Made by a program: the position numbers and the translations under genes. A DNA stretch of 63,959 nucleotides, counting the filler. It is 6 parts of 6 records of this genome, joined end to end, with 100 filler letters (N's around TTAATTAATTAA, not from the genome) between each part and the next. Parts side by side here need not be neighbours in the genome. Positions count along the whole stretch, not along the records: positions 1 to 14,528 come from SRR31156797_13163; positions 14,629 to 22,378 come from SRR31156797_13199; 4 more parts are not named here. The stretch is one strand, 5' to 3'. This document shows, piece after piece, positions 9,341 through 20,057 of the stretch (within the stretch, counting starts at the first letter, position 1; the number at the start of each line of letters is the position of its first letter). The notes under the pieces are model-generated. The model was not told the DNA's origin. It saw only the letters and a program-made list of their open reading frames with translations, and did no database searches.

Positions 9341-11188
9341 GTGACTAATCTTATCCAAAACGAAAAAATTAGAAATATAGCTATCATAGCCCACGTTGAC
9401 CATGGTAAAACAACTCTGGTTGACGGCATGTTCAAACAGAGTGGCCTGTTCCGTGAAGGTCAGGAAGTTGATGACCGTCTCATGGACAGCATGGACCTTG
9501 AACGCGAGCGTGGCATCACCATTGCGGCCAAGAACTGCGCCGTAGACTGGAAAGGCGTCAAAATCAACATCATCGATACCCCCGGTCACGCCGACTTCGG
9601 TGGCGAAGTTGAACGTTCCCTGTCCATGGCAGACGGCGCCATCCTGCTGGTTGACGCTTCCGAAGGCCCCCTGCCCCAGACCCGCTTCGTACTCAAAAAA
9701 GCACTTGAAGCAGGTCTCAAAATCATCGTTGTCATCAACAAAATCGACCGTGGCGATGCCCGCCCGGACGAAGTTCTCGACGAAGTATACGACCTCTTCA
9801 TCGACCTTGACGCAAACGAAGAACAGCTTGAATTTCCCCTGCTTTACGCCATCGGCCGTGACGGCATCGCGCAGGAAACCCTTGAAGAGAAAGGTGAAAA
9901 CCTGCATCCGCTCATGGACCTCGTTCTTGCTCAGGTTCCCGGTCCTTCCTACGATGAAACCGAACCTTTCCAGATGCTGGTCTCCGACCTCGGTTACTCC
10001 GACTACCTCGGCCGTCTGGCTATCGGTAAAGTAATCCACGGCTCTGCCAAACAGAACGAACCGCTGCTCTGCATCAATGAAAAAGAAGAGCACGTTTCCC
10101 TGCGCCTGACCAAAATCCAGACCTACGACGGACCTTCCTTTGCTGAAACAAAATCAGCTGAGCCCGGTGATATCGTAGTTGTTTCCGGCATTGAAGACAT
10201 CACCATCGGTGACACCATCTGCACCAAGGAAGCACCCAAGGCCCTGCCGCGCATCACTGTAGACGAACCTACTGTTTCCATGCGCTTCACCATCAACACC
10301 TCCCCCATGGCAGGTCTTGAAGGCAAGCTGGTCCAGTCTTCCAAAATCCGCGAAAGACTGCATAAGGAAACCCTGCTCAACGTGGCTGTAAAGGTTGAGG
10401 AAAGCGATGAAAAAGACAGCTTCATCGTTAAAGGCCGTGGTGAATTCCAGCTGGCCATCCTCATCGAAACCATGCGCCGCGAAGGTTTTGAACTCTCCGT
10501 GGGCCGTCCTGAAGTTATTTACAAGAACGAAGGCGGACGCAAGCTGGAACCCATGGAGCAGGTCTTCATCGACTGCGAAGAAGATTTCCTCGGCGTGGTC
10601 ACTGAAAAACTTTCCACCCGCAAGGGTAAGATGACCAACCTGGTCAACAACGGCAAAGGCCGTGTACGCATGGAATTCTCCGCACCTTCCCGTGCCCTCA
10701 TCGGCTACCGCGATGAATTCCTGACCGACACCAAGGGTACCGGTATCATGAACTCCCTCTTTGCCGGATATGAAGATTACCGCGGAGATTTCCCCTCCCG
10801 CTACACCGGTTCCCTCGTGTCCGACCGTGCGGGCAAAGGCGTTCCTTACGCAATCTTCAACCTTGAGCCGCGCGGTGAAATGTTCATCGAGGCCGGTGAT
10901 CCGGTTTACGAAGGCATGATTGTAGGTGAGCACAACAGGGACAATGATATCAACATCAACCCTACCAAAGAGAAAAAGCTTACCAACATGCGTGCATCCG
11001 GTAAGGATGAGGCTGTAATCCTGACCCCCATCCGTCCCATGACCCTTGAACGGGCCATGCACTTCATCCGCGACGATGAGCTTATCGAGATCACCCCGGA
11101 ATCCATCCGCCTGCGCAAGGTTGAACTTTCCGCCACCAAACGCCACATGAACCGCGGTAAGCAGCTCAAGGCCAAAGGCCAGAAATAA
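9341..11188 (+). CDS. typA: Translational GTPase TypA/BipA
   Basis: IAHVDHGKTT, ERERGITI, DTPGHADFGGEVER, NKID, GRGEFQL, KKLTNMRASG; GTG start after GGAGG. Confidence 0.97.
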   Translation: MTNLIQNEKIRNIAIIAHVDHGKTTLVDGMFKQSGLFREGQEVDDRLMDSMDLERERGITIAAKNCAVDWKGVKINIIDTPGHADFGGEVERSLSMADGAILLVDASEGPLPQTRFVLKKALEAGLKIIVVINKIDRGDARPDEVLDEVYDLFIDLDANEEQLEFPLLYAIGRDGIAQETLEEKGENLHPLMDLVLAQVPGPSYDETEPFQMLVSDLGYSDYLGRLAIGKVIHGSAKQNEPLLCINEKEEHVSLRLTKIQTYDGPSFAETKSAEPGDIVVVSGIEDITIGDTICTKEAPKALPRITVDEPTVSMRFTINTSPMAGLEGKLVQSSKIRERLHKETLLNVAVKVEESDEKDSFIVKGRGEFQLAILIETMRREGFELSVGRPEVIYKNEGGRKLEPMEQVFIDCEEDFLGVVTEKLSTRKGKMTNLVNNGKGRVRMEFSAPSRALIGYRDEFLTDTKGTGIMNSLFAGYEDYRGDFPSRYTGSLVSDRAGKGVPYAIFNLEPRGEMFIEAGDPVYEGMIVGEHNRDNDININPTKEKKLTNMRASGKDEAVILTPIRPMTLERAMHFIRDDELIEITPESIRLRKVELSATKRHMNRGKQLKAKGQK

Positions 11189-11192
11189 GTAC

Positions 11193-11234
11193 AAGCCGGG
11201 GGAGTTTTCTTAAACTCCCCCGGCTTTCCCTTTT
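11193..11234. terminator. Rho-independent terminator between convergent genes
   Basis: AAGCCGGGGGAGTTT...AAACTCCCCCGGCTT followed by a pyrimidine run. Confidence 0.85.
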
Positions 11235-11273
11235 CTAGCCAACTTCCCTTTGGCGTCATCTTTCCCGCAGAGT

Positions 11274-13205
11274 CTAAACCAACCCTTGGGAAAATATATC
11301 CGATACCGGCCCGCGCGGCAGCTGGACAGTAAATTTTGTCCCCTTACCCGGTTCAGAATCAATCCTGATGGTCCCGCCATGGTTACGGGTAATAATGAAA
11401 TAAGCCACGGACAGCCCAAGACCGCTACCCGCTTCCGTACGAGAACTGAAAAACGGTTCAAAAGCCTTCTTGCGGGTAAATTGATCCATACCCGGCCCAT
11501 TATCTTCCACTTCTATAGTCAGATAGGCATTATTGCAATATCCACGGACAGCTATTTCAGGACTAACTCCTGAACATCCTTCATCAATAATGGATTGTGC
11601 AGAATTACGCATCAAATTGAACAAGACCTGCTCCAGTTCAGATGAATAGCAGAGCACATGCGGCAGTTCTTCCTGAAAATCCTTAACAAAACTAATCTTC
11701 CGAAAAGCGCACCCTTCTTCATTACATAAGTCAGCATCAGCAGCTTCAATAGCACGCTCAACTATAGCGGGGATAGAGCAAAAATCTTTCTTAGCTTCGG
11801 ATTTACGGCTGAAATTAAGCATATTTACAACTACTTTTGCCGCCCGGGTCCCGGCCTCCTTGATTTCCTCAACCATGGTCAAAATTTTACGCTCATTAAG
11901 GTAATTGCGCACAGAATCCAGTGAAATGCCTATTTTCTTCGCAGTTTCAATATTACCGGGCAAATCCGGGGAAAGCCTGCGTTCAATATTCTGGGCGGAT
12001 TGAGTAATGACTCCCAACGGATTGTTAATTTCATGAGCCATGCCAGCTGAGAGGCTGGCCACAGTGGTCATCTTCTCACTCTGGATCATAAGTTCCTGAA
12101 CTTTCATCTTATGGGAATAATCGCGCAACACACCTACCATACGCACCGGAGTTCCGTTAGCATCCAGCAAAAAGCTGCCCTCATCCTCAACATAAAGATA
12201 GCTGCCATTCTTGCGCCTAAACCTATACACGGAAACAAAGGGGGTTCCTTCTCGAATACACGCTTCAAGTTCATCCATAACCTCTTTGCGGTCATCAGGA
12301 TGAATTCTCTCTTCCCAGCCCTTAAGATCCACAGACTGGAATTCGCGTTCATCTACTCCGGTAATCTCCAATACCGCCCCGGACCAGACTATTTCGTCAT
12401 TATCAAGATTCAGATCATAAACCATCTGCCCGGTCTTTTCGGCCATGAGCCGATAGCGTTCTTCACTCTGGTGCAAAGCCTGCTCGGCAAGCATAAGCGG
12501 GGTAACATCGGTAATGAACCCTTCAAGAAAACCGCCACCATCTTCGTTCCGAATATCAACACCTTTTTCCCAGACCCATTTTTCCTCACCTGAAGCAGTC
12601 CTGATCTTATAGATTATTTCAAAAGGCTCCCGGTCCTGAACAGCTTCCTGCACACATTCCCAGACGTGGGCCTGATATTGGGGCAAAATTATATCTGCAT
12701 AAGAAATATCGCGATTACCCAACATGGCTTCAGGCTTGTAACCGGTCAGCTCAAAACAACCTTCACTAATGAAATCCATGGTCCAGTTAACATCATTTTG
12801 GCAGCGGTAAGCCATGCCCGGAAGATTAGCCAGCAAAGTAGCAAGTATTCGTTCCTGCCCATACGGTCCTTCATCAATTTCACTGTCCTGTTCACGCACC
12901 CTTCCCTTTAGGACGATGATGCCTGAATCATCGTGAAACATACCTTTCCAGAAGATCACCCCCGCATCCGTTACCGATTCAAAACTCCCTGCGGGCAACG
13001 GGTCCGCTTCAATGATTCGGTCAGCAAATTGGCCCAGTCCCTTTACCAATAAAATTGGTGCTGACGGGTCCAGATATTGTCCGGCAGTTAACTGACCTGA
13101 AATCACAGCAGCTTCTTCGCCACCGATAAATACTATACGTTTATTTTCATCAAGGCCGACAACTACCCCGGGATAGTCCTGAGCTAAGAACTCAATCCCC
13201 TGCAT
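11274..13205 (-). CDS. Cytoplasmic PAS-PAS sensor histidine kinase
   Basis: Two PAS/PAC repeats (incl. RIHPDD), H-box AHEINNPL, N-box QVLFNLMRNS, DNGPGM, FEPFF, GLGL; no adjacent response regulator. Confidence 0.9.
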   Translation of the reverse strand: MQGIEFLAQDYPGVVVGLDENKRIVFIGGEEAAVISGQLTAGQYLDPSAPILLVKGLGQFADRIIEADPLPAGSFESVTDAGVIFWKGMFHDDSGIIVLKGRVREQDSEIDEGPYGQERILATLLANLPGMAYRCQNDVNWTMDFISEGCFELTGYKPEAMLGNRDISYADIILPQYQAHVWECVQEAVQDREPFEIIYKIRTASGEEKWVWEKGVDIRNEDGGGFLEGFITDVTPLMLAEQALHQSEERYRLMAEKTGQMVYDLNLDNDEIVWSGAVLEITGVDEREFQSVDLKGWEERIHPDDRKEVMDELEACIREGTPFVSVYRFRRKNGSYLYVEDEGSFLLDANGTPVRMVGVLRDYSHKMKVQELMIQSEKMTTVASLSAGMAHEINNPLGVITQSAQNIERRLSPDLPGNIETAKKIGISLDSVRNYLNERKILTMVEEIKEAGTRAAKVVVNMLNFSRKSEAKKDFCSIPAIVERAIEAADADLCNEEGCAFRKISFVKDFQEELPHVLCYSSELEQVLFNLMRNSAQSIIDEGCSGVSPEIAVRGYCNNAYLTIEVEDNGPGMDQFTRKKAFEPFFSSRTEAGSGLGLSVAYFIITRNHGGTIRIDSEPGKGTKFTVQLPRGPVSDIFSQGLV

Positions 13206-13409
13206 GATATATCCTTCTAAAGCCACCACGCTTGAAGTACCCTCCAAAGCAGTAATAATGGAAACCTGACTTCACTATATCACACCCGGCATATAAGGAC
13301 AGAGAAAATTTACTTATTTTAAAACCGCACTCCTGCCCGGAATTGTTGCCATTCAAGGTTTCCTGCGGTACCAAAATCCGACAAGACTAGATTGTTTACG
13401 GAGATTAAT

Positions 13410-14420
13410 ATGGGTTCAGAAAATATCTCAGGAGAGGTCATCCTCATCTTCACCGGCGGCACCATCGGCATGAGCGAAAAGCCCGATGCCGGAGGGGTTG
13501 TCCCGGACGACAATTTCACCAAGCTGCTTAATGAAGTCACTCCGGACGGACATGACATCAAGATCCGCCCCGTTCTCTGGTCGGACATTCCCAGCCCGCA
13601 CATGTCCCCGGATAAAATGCTCCAGCTGGCCCACGATGTTGAAGATTTTCTGGCTGAAGAACAGGTGCTGGGCGCAGTCATCCTGCACGGAACCGACCTC
13701 ATGGCCGAAACCGCCTATGTTCTGGATCTGACCGTGCGTTCACCCAAGCCGGTAATCCTTACCGGGGCCATGCGCTATTTCAATGAATCAGGTTATGATG
13801 GCATCCGCAACCTTGTGGACGCAGTGCGCACCTGTCTACTGCCCCCGCCCGAAGGCACCGACGTCATCATCCAAATGGCAGACAAACTTTTTGCCGCCAA
13901 AAATGCCATCAAATCCAGCTCCCTGAATGTAGACCCGTTTATCGGTCAGAATACAGGTAGAATCGGTTTCATTGCCGGAGAATCAGTAATCCTGACCCGG
14001 GCCAAACCGGGACGCAGACCACGCTTACCCTTTCACGTCAGCGGAATGGCCGACAAGGTCCATCTGGTCGGCTGCCATCCGGGTATGGATTCAACTGTGC
14101 TGGAAAAACTCATTGAAAGCGGGGCCAAGGGCATAGTGCTTGAAGGATTCGGAGCCGGAAACGCCCCACCCGGCGCTGTTCCCGGTGTGGAAAAATGTAT
14201 TAAAGCCGGAATCCCGGTAGTACTATGTACCCGCTGTGTGGAAGGCGGAGTCTGGCCCATCTACGCCTATCCCGGCGGAGCCGCCAACTTGAAACAGAAA
14301 GGGGTCATCATAGCCGGAGGACTCTCCGCCCTCAAAGCGACCCTACTCCTGCAGATGCTGCTTGGATCGGGCTGCCCCTGTGACAGAATTGAAGAAATAT
14401 TTGCTGAAGAGAGTGTTTAA
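13410..14420 (+). CDS. L-asparaginase family protein
   Basis: FTGGTIG, HGTD, VILTGAM, GFGAGN motifs. Confidence 0.9.
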   Translation: MGSENISGEVILIFTGGTIGMSEKPDAGGVVPDDNFTKLLNEVTPDGHDIKIRPVLWSDIPSPHMSPDKMLQLAHDVEDFLAEEQVLGAVILHGTDLMAETAYVLDLTVRSPKPVILTGAMRYFNESGYDGIRNLVDAVRTCLLPPPEGTDVIIQMADKLFAAKNAIKSSSLNVDPFIGQNTGRIGFIAGESVILTRAKPGRRPRLPFHVSGMADKVHLVGCHPGMDSTVLEKLIESGAKGIVLEGFGAGNAPPGAVPGVEKCIKAGIPVVLCTRCVEGGVWPIYAYPGGAANLKQKGVIIAGGLSALKATLLLQMLLGSGCPCDRIEEIFAEESV

Positions 14421-14455
14421 TAAAAAAGACCCCGACTAAGTCGGGGTCTTTTTTA
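14421..14455. terminator. Bidirectional rho-independent terminator
   Basis: TAAAAAAGACCCCGACT-A-AGTCGGGGTCTTTTTTA. Confidence 0.9.
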
Positions 14456-14475
14456 TTTTAGCGGAGAAGAGTTGT

Positions 14476-14528
14476 TTAGTCTTCGCGGCTATCGATTACC
14501 AGCAGGTGGTAACCGAACTGTGTTTTTA
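14476..14528 (-). CDS. ppiC: C-terminal fragment of parvulin-type peptidyl-prolyl isomerase (cut by contig end)
   Basis: Manual translation KTQFGYHLLVIDSRED*, matching the parvulin KTQFGYH motif; absent from the ORF track. Confidence 0.7.
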
Positions 14529-14628
14529 NNNNNNNNNNNNNNNNNNNNNNNNNNNNNNNNNNNNNNNNNNNNTTAATTAATTAANNNNNNNNNNNNNNNN
14601 NNNNNNNNNNNNNNNNNNNNNNNNNNNN
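14529..14628. other. Artificial contig spacer
   Basis: N44-TTAATTAATTAA-N44, with stops in all frames. Confidence 0.99.
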
Positions 14629-15874
14629 GGATTATTCAAAGAAAAGATGGTTTATCTTGATGGCAGCATGTTTCATCAATTTATGTGTTGGTTCACTGTA
14701 TGCATGGAGTGTATTTTCAGCTCCAACGGCAGAGTATTTAAGTCAATTAAATGGGGTAAAATTAACTCCCGGAAACTTAGTTGTTGTTTTTATTGTAGCA
14801 AACTCAGTTGGTCCAATCACTATGATTTCCGGCGGAAAGATAAATGACGCACTGGGACCAAAAATAGTTATATTTGTTGGAGGGTTAATGTTTGGTGGTG
14901 GAATGATTTTATCAGGTTTTGCTAAATCAGTAAGTCATCTGATATTTTCATACGGAGTTTTACTTGGTCTTGGTCTTGGAATGGTTTACGGAGCTACTAT
15001 CAGTACTTCAATTAAATTTTTCCCTGATAAAAGAGGTTTTGTTGGTGGAGTTACAACAGCTCTATTTGGTATCAGTTCAGTAATTATTCCTCCAATTGCA
15101 GCTTCAATTACAGCTCAAACTGGAGTTTTATCAGCATTCAAAATCATCGGTTCAGTATTTTTAGTTATCATATGCGCAAGTTCATTATTAATGGAAAAAT
15201 GCCCTGAAGGATTTAAGCCAGATGGTTGGGAAGCACCAGTACAAAAAGACGGAGCTCCTAAAATTAATATGTCTTGGTTTGAGATGATTAGGCAGCCAAA
15301 GTTTTATGTAATGCTTACTTTACTTACTTTTGGAGCACTCTCAGCACTTATGATTATTCCGCTTGCTTCACCAATAGCTAAAAAATTCATCGGAATGAAT
15401 ACAGTTCAGGCAACAGCTGCAGTGTCTACTTTAGCCTTATTTAACGTAACAGGAAGAGTATTAGCAGGTCTTATCTCAGATAGAATAGGTAGAATCAATA
15501 CATTAGCACTAGCTTGTTGTTTATCTATGCTTGGATTAGGATTTTTATTCATCTCTGGAAAAGGAGATGTTACAACATTCTATATTGGACTTTCAATAGT
15601 TGGAGTTTGCTTTGGATCATTTATGGGAGTTTATCCAGGATTTACCGCTGATCAATTTGGACCTAAAAACAATAGTGTTAACTTCGGGATTATGTTCACT
15701 GGATTTGCAATTGCAGGTTACTTTGGACCAAATATATTAACTAAAGTCGCAAAGTTCTCTCATCAAGCATTTTTGATAGGAATAGGATTTAGTGCTGTAG
15801 GCCTTATCTTGACTTATATTTATAGATTAATTGAGCAAAAAGAAAATAAATTAAATAGAGTTGCAAGTCGTTAA
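14629..15874 (+). CDS. OFA/OxlT-family MFS transporter (start probably clipped by contig edge)
   Basis: About 12 hydrophobic segments; GSLYAWSVF, KFFPDKRG, GRVLAGLISDRIGR; the frame is open back to the contig start (DYSKKRWFIL). Confidence 0.85.
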
Positions 15875-15999
15875 TAATGGTTTTAACTTGGCTCTGCAAA
15901 AATTAGCAAATATTTAGACCACATTCCTTGCTATCCTTAATTGGAGCAGAGCCTTATTATTATATATCTAAATTAAAAAAGTAAATAAAGGAGAAAATA

Positions 16000-17949
16000 G
16001 TGGAAAGAAATTACCCAAATTTATGTAAACCAATAAAGATAGGAAACATCTACTTTAAAAATAGAATGTTTGGAGCACCAATGGGTGGAACTGATATAAC
16101 AGCTGATTGTACAATTGGCCCTATGTCAACAGCATTTTACGAGAATAGAGCAAAGGGTGGTGCTGGAACTGTAACAGTTAGTGAACTTGTTGTTCACCCA
16201 GAAACAGAAGCTTCTCATATGTATCACTTAGACTTAAAAACACCTGGCTCACTTGCAAGCTTTACATATACAGCTGATGCTATCAGAAGACATGGAGCTA
16301 TTGCAAGTGTTGAGTTATCTCACTCTGGACAATATGCAGGTACTTATTTAACTGATAAAAATCAAAAAGCTGGTTTAGCTCAATGGGGACCAAGCGATAC
16401 AACAAGACCAGATGGAAGACCGGTTAAGGCATTAACTCAAGAACTTATAGACGATATCGTCGCTGCATATGGAGAAAAAGCGGCCCTAGCTAAAAAAGCT
16501 GGTTTTGAAATGCTTATGGTTCATGCGGGGCATGGATGGCTGATTAATCAATTTTTATCTCCTTATTTTAATAAAAGAAATGATAAATACGGAGGTTCAT
16601 TAGAAAATAGAGTTAGATTTGCACAGGAAGTTTTAGATAGTATCAGAGAAGCAGTTGGACCTGGTTTCCCTATTGAACTTAGAATGAGTGGATCTGAACT
16701 ATTCGATGAAGGTTATGATTTAGAAGATGGAATTGAAATAGCAAAATTATTAGAGAGTAGAATTGATTTACTTCATGTTTCAGCTGGAACTTATCAGAGA
16801 GGGTTTGGAGTAACTCATCCATCAATGTTCATTCCTCATGGAAATAATGTATATTTAGCAGCAGAAATCAAAAAACATGTTAAGGTGCCTGTTGCAACAA
16901 TTGGTGCTCTTAATGATCCTGAAATGATGGAAGATATTATCGCATCTGGAAAGGCTGATATAGTTGAGATGGCTAGAGCTCTTCTTGCTGATCCTGAATT
17001 ACCAAAAAAAGTTATGCAAAACAGAGGTGAATACATCGTTAAATGTCTAAGATGTTACACGTGTATGGCTGAGAGAGCAGAAACTGCTACAAGAAGATGT
17101 ACTGTTAACCCAATTATCGGAAGAGAAATAAACGGTTTAGAGATTCAACCTGCGCCAAATAAAAAGAAAGTATTAGTAGTTGGTGCTGGACCTGCTGGAC
17201 TTCAAGCTTCTCTAACAGCTGCAAAAAGAGGTCATGAAGTTATTTTATGTGAGAAAAATGATGAAGTTGGTGGAATTCTTATTGGAGAACAAGCAATTCC
17301 TTTCAAATATGAGATGTATCAATTAGGTGTAACTTTAGGTAAACTTTGTGAAGATGCAGGAGTTAACATCAGATTAAATACCGCTGTAACGAAAGAGATC
17401 GCAGATGAAATAAATGCTGATTCAATTATCATAGCTGCTGGTTCTGAGCCAATTGTTCCAAATATTAAAGGTTTAAACCAAGATCATGTAGTATTAATCA
17501 ATGACTACCATCATCATGTTGATAAAATATCTAAGGAAGTTATCGTATTAGGTGGTGGACTTGCTGGATGTGAAGTGGCAATTCACTTCGCAAGAGAGGG
17601 TAAAAAGGTTAAAATTATTGAAATGAACGATTCATTATCTCCTGATGCTAACATTAGACACAGACCTCTTCTATTAGCTGAGATTGAGAAAAGTGGAATT
17701 GAAGTTTATAAAAATCATAAAGCTGTAGAAGTTTTAGAAGATTCTGTTATTTGCGAAACTGCAGAAGGAGAAAGTGTTAAAATCTCTGCAACAAGTGTTA
17801 TATTAGCAGTAGGTCAAAAAGCTAGAAGAGATGTTGTTGACGAATTATGGAACTCATCATTAAATGTTGCTCAAATTGGTGATTGTGTAAAAGTTGCAAC
17901 TATTACACAAGCTGTTTATCACGGGCATCATGCTGCAATGGATATCTAA
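16000..17949 (+). CDS. NADH:flavin oxidoreductase (OYE TIM barrel + 4Fe-4S + FAD/NAD(P) domains; 2,4-dienoyl-CoA reductase/BaiH-like architecture)
   Basis: KNRMFGAPM, HAGHGWLINQFLSP..NKRNDKYGGSLENR, CLRCYTC...CTVNP, VVGAGPAG, VLGGGLAGCE; GTG start after AAGGAG. Confidence 0.92.
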   Translation: MERNYPNLCKPIKIGNIYFKNRMFGAPMGGTDITADCTIGPMSTAFYENRAKGGAGTVTVSELVVHPETEASHMYHLDLKTPGSLASFTYTADAIRRHGAIASVELSHSGQYAGTYLTDKNQKAGLAQWGPSDTTRPDGRPVKALTQELIDDIVAAYGEKAALAKKAGFEMLMVHAGHGWLINQFLSPYFNKRNDKYGGSLENRVRFAQEVLDSIREAVGPGFPIELRMSGSELFDEGYDLEDGIEIAKLLESRIDLLHVSAGTYQRGFGVTHPSMFIPHGNNVYLAAEIKKHVKVPVATIGALNDPEMMEDIIASGKADIVEMARALLADPELPKKVMQNRGEYIVKCLRCYTCMAERAETATRRCTVNPIIGREINGLEIQPAPNKKKVLVVGAGPAGLQASLTAAKRGHEVILCEKNDEVGGILIGEQAIPFKYEMYQLGVTLGKLCEDAGVNIRLNTAVTKEIADEINADSIIIAAGSEPIVPNIKGLNQDHVVLINDYHHHVDKISKEVIVLGGGLAGCEVAIHFAREGKKVKIIEMNDSLSPDANIRHRPLLLAEIEKSGIEVYKNHKAVEVLEDSVICETAEGESVKISATSVILAVGQKARRDVVDELWNSSLNVAQIGDCVKVATITQAVYHGHHAAMDI

Positions 17950-17975
17950 ACATAAATACATAATGAAGAATTACT

Positions 17976-18009
17976 ACACCTGGTTTTGTTTATTAAAGTC
18001 AGGTGTTTT
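17976..18009 (+). terminator. Probable rho-independent terminator
   Basis: ACACCTG/CAGGTGT stem followed by T-runs. Confidence 0.55.
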
Positions 18010-18062
18010 AATTTTTTTTAGAATCAGCTAAATGATTTCAAAGGAAATATTATTAATCAGGA

Positions 18063-20045
18063 GTGAGAAATATGAAAATTAAAAATAAAATTATTATGAC
18101 AACTATAACTATTACAATGTTGAGCCTTATTATCGTAGGTATTTCAGTAATGAACTTTACATCAAAATCGGTAAACACCAGAGTAAAAGAGGGAATGAAT
18201 TTAACACTACAAGATAACGTTATAATCATGGAGGAGTGGTTAGAAGCTAAGATAAATATTGTAAAATTAATGAAAAGTACTTTGCATAATATTGATTCGA
18301 AAAATTTTGATAATCCAGAGTATTTATTAGGCTATAAAAGTGATCCGGAAATATCAGCATTATTTGTTGCGTATGATGATAAAAGAGTTATCACAGAGCA
18401 GCAGCTCCCGCCAAATTTTGATCCAACTACAAGACCATGGTTTAAAGACGCAAAGTCAAAAAATGGACTTGTTATAACCGATCCTTTTATCGACAAGAAA
18501 ACTAAAAAAATGTCAATCTCTATATCAGAACCTATTTCCTTTGATAATGGAAACTTAAAGGGTGTAATTGCTGAAAATATTCAACTTGAATCTTTATTAG
18601 ATCGATTTTCAAAAGTTAAAATATTTGGAGATGGATTTATTGTAATTATAGATGGAAATGGAAACTTTATACTTCACAAAAAGAAAGAACGCCTTGGAAA
18701 AAACATAATGGATTTAAAAGGTTTAGAAGATATCAATAGAAGGGTTCTAGCAGATCAAAGTGGACTTGAAGAGTTTAAATTAAATGGATCGATTAGACTT
18801 TTGATCTGGGAAACAATACCTGGAACTGATTGGAAAATGCAGATTTTATTAAATAAAGATCAAACATTCAAAGAGAAACGGCAATTTATTTATCTTTTTT
18901 CAACGGTATTTTTAATAATTTTAATCCTATCTATTATCTTAGGAATCTATATAGCTGATACAATTGCAAAACCAATTGAGAGAATAACTAAAGAGTGCGC
19001 AATAATTGCTAGCGGTGATTTTTCAACTCAAATTGATGATAGTTTAGTTAATAGAAATGATGAAGTAGGGCAATTAGCTAAAGGATTTAGTCAGATACAG
19101 GAATCAATTAATAATATATTTAATCAAGTGAAGAACTCTATCACTAATGTATCAAGCTCAACAAGTGAACTTGCTGAAAAGATAGAATATATAAATAGCG
19201 GAGCAAAATCTCAAGCCGAAAGCACAATTACAGTGTATAATATGAGTAAAAGTTTTGAGAATAGTATGAATGAAATACTTAATAACATCAGGGAGCAGGT
19301 TGCTTCAACAGAGGAGACAGCAAGTACAATTTCTGAGATTTCAAGTGAAGTAAATAAAGTTGCTGAAAAAGCTGAGATAACAAAATCAATCTCTGACAGT
19401 GCAGCTTCATCGTCAGAAGAAGGAAATGGCAAAGTTGAGCAATCTCTTGAAAGTATGAGCTTAATGGAAAGTGTTACTATTAAAATCGAAGAAGCCACAA
19501 AGGGTATTAATGATATCTCAGAACAAACAAACCTTTTAGCACTTAACGCGGCAATTGAAGCTGCCAGAGCAGGGGAACAAGGCAAAGGTTTTGCAGTAGT
19601 AGCAGATGAGGTTAAGAAACTAGCAGAGAATTCAAAGGAGTTTTCTCTATTAATAGTTGAACTTATTAGTGAATTAAGAGTAAAATCAAAAGAAAATTAC
19701 CAACTCTCAAGTTTTGTAAAAGAGAGTTTAAATGATATAATGAATAAAGTTTTAAAAACTAATAATGAGTTTCAAAATATATCAGAATCTATGCAAACTC
19801 AGGATAATTCAATCAAGGAAATAACTGAAGTAATGGAAAATATTTCAAACGGACATTCTAATATAGAGATGCTGGTTATGAAAGAGATCGATAACCTACA
19901 ACAAACAATTAATGAAATTAATTCAATTGCTGATATTTCAAAGGAAACCGCTACAAACACTGATACTATCTTTAATTTTGCTAAAAATCTATCAGATGAA
20001 ACGGCAAGCATAAAACAAACGATGAACAGAATTAAAACTAAATAA
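18063..20045 (+). CDS. Methyl-accepting chemotaxis protein (dCache + HAMP)
   Basis: Two TM helices, FDPTTRPWF dCache motif, HAMP DEVGQLA, signalling hairpin [30 protein letters not shown]. Confidence 0.93.
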   Translation: MRNMKIKNKIIMTTITITMLSLIIVGISVMNFTSKSVNTRVKEGMNLTLQDNVIIMEEWLEAKINIVKLMKSTLHNIDSKNFDNPEYLLGYKSDPEISALFVAYDDKRVITEQQLPPNFDPTTRPWFKDAKSKNGLVITDPFIDKKTKKMSISISEPISFDNGNLKGVIAENIQLESLLDRFSKVKIFGDGFIVIIDGNGNFILHKKKERLGKNIMDLKGLEDINRRVLADQSGLEEFKLNGSIRLLIWETIPGTDWKMQILLNKDQTFKEKRQFIYLFSTVFLIILILSIILGIYIADTIAKPIERITKECAIIASGDFSTQIDDSLVNRNDEVGQLAKGFSQIQESINNIFNQVKNSITNVSSSTSELAEKIEYINSGAKSQAESTITVYNMSKSFENSMNEILNNIREQVASTEETASTISEISSEVNKVAEKAEITKSISDSAASSSEEGNGKVEQSLESMSLMESVTIKIEEATKGINDISEQTNLLALNAAIEAARAGEQGKGFAVVADEVKKLAENSKEFSLLIVELISELRVKSKENYQLSSFVKESLNDIMNKVLKTNNEFQNISESMQTQDNSIKEITEVMENISNGHSNIEMLVMKEIDNLQQTINEINSIADISKETATNTDTIFNFAKNLSDETASIKQTMNRIKTK

Positions 20046-20057
20046 TAGTTAGGAAAA

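Noticed and set aside
9245-11194. Long minus-strand ORFs (282 and 346 aa) opposite typA
   Set aside because: Antisense shadows of a strongly codon-biased gene, with no motifs of their own.
13410-14420. Asparaginase HGTDL instead of HGTDT as an inactive enzyme
   Set aside because: Both catalytic Thr residues (GGT, HGT) and the Asp are retained; the change is at a neighbouring position.
14573-14584. Recurring TTAATTAATTAA palindrome
   Set aside because: Synthetic all-frame stop linker inside N spacers. ORF-track proteins that run into X residues are artefacts of it.
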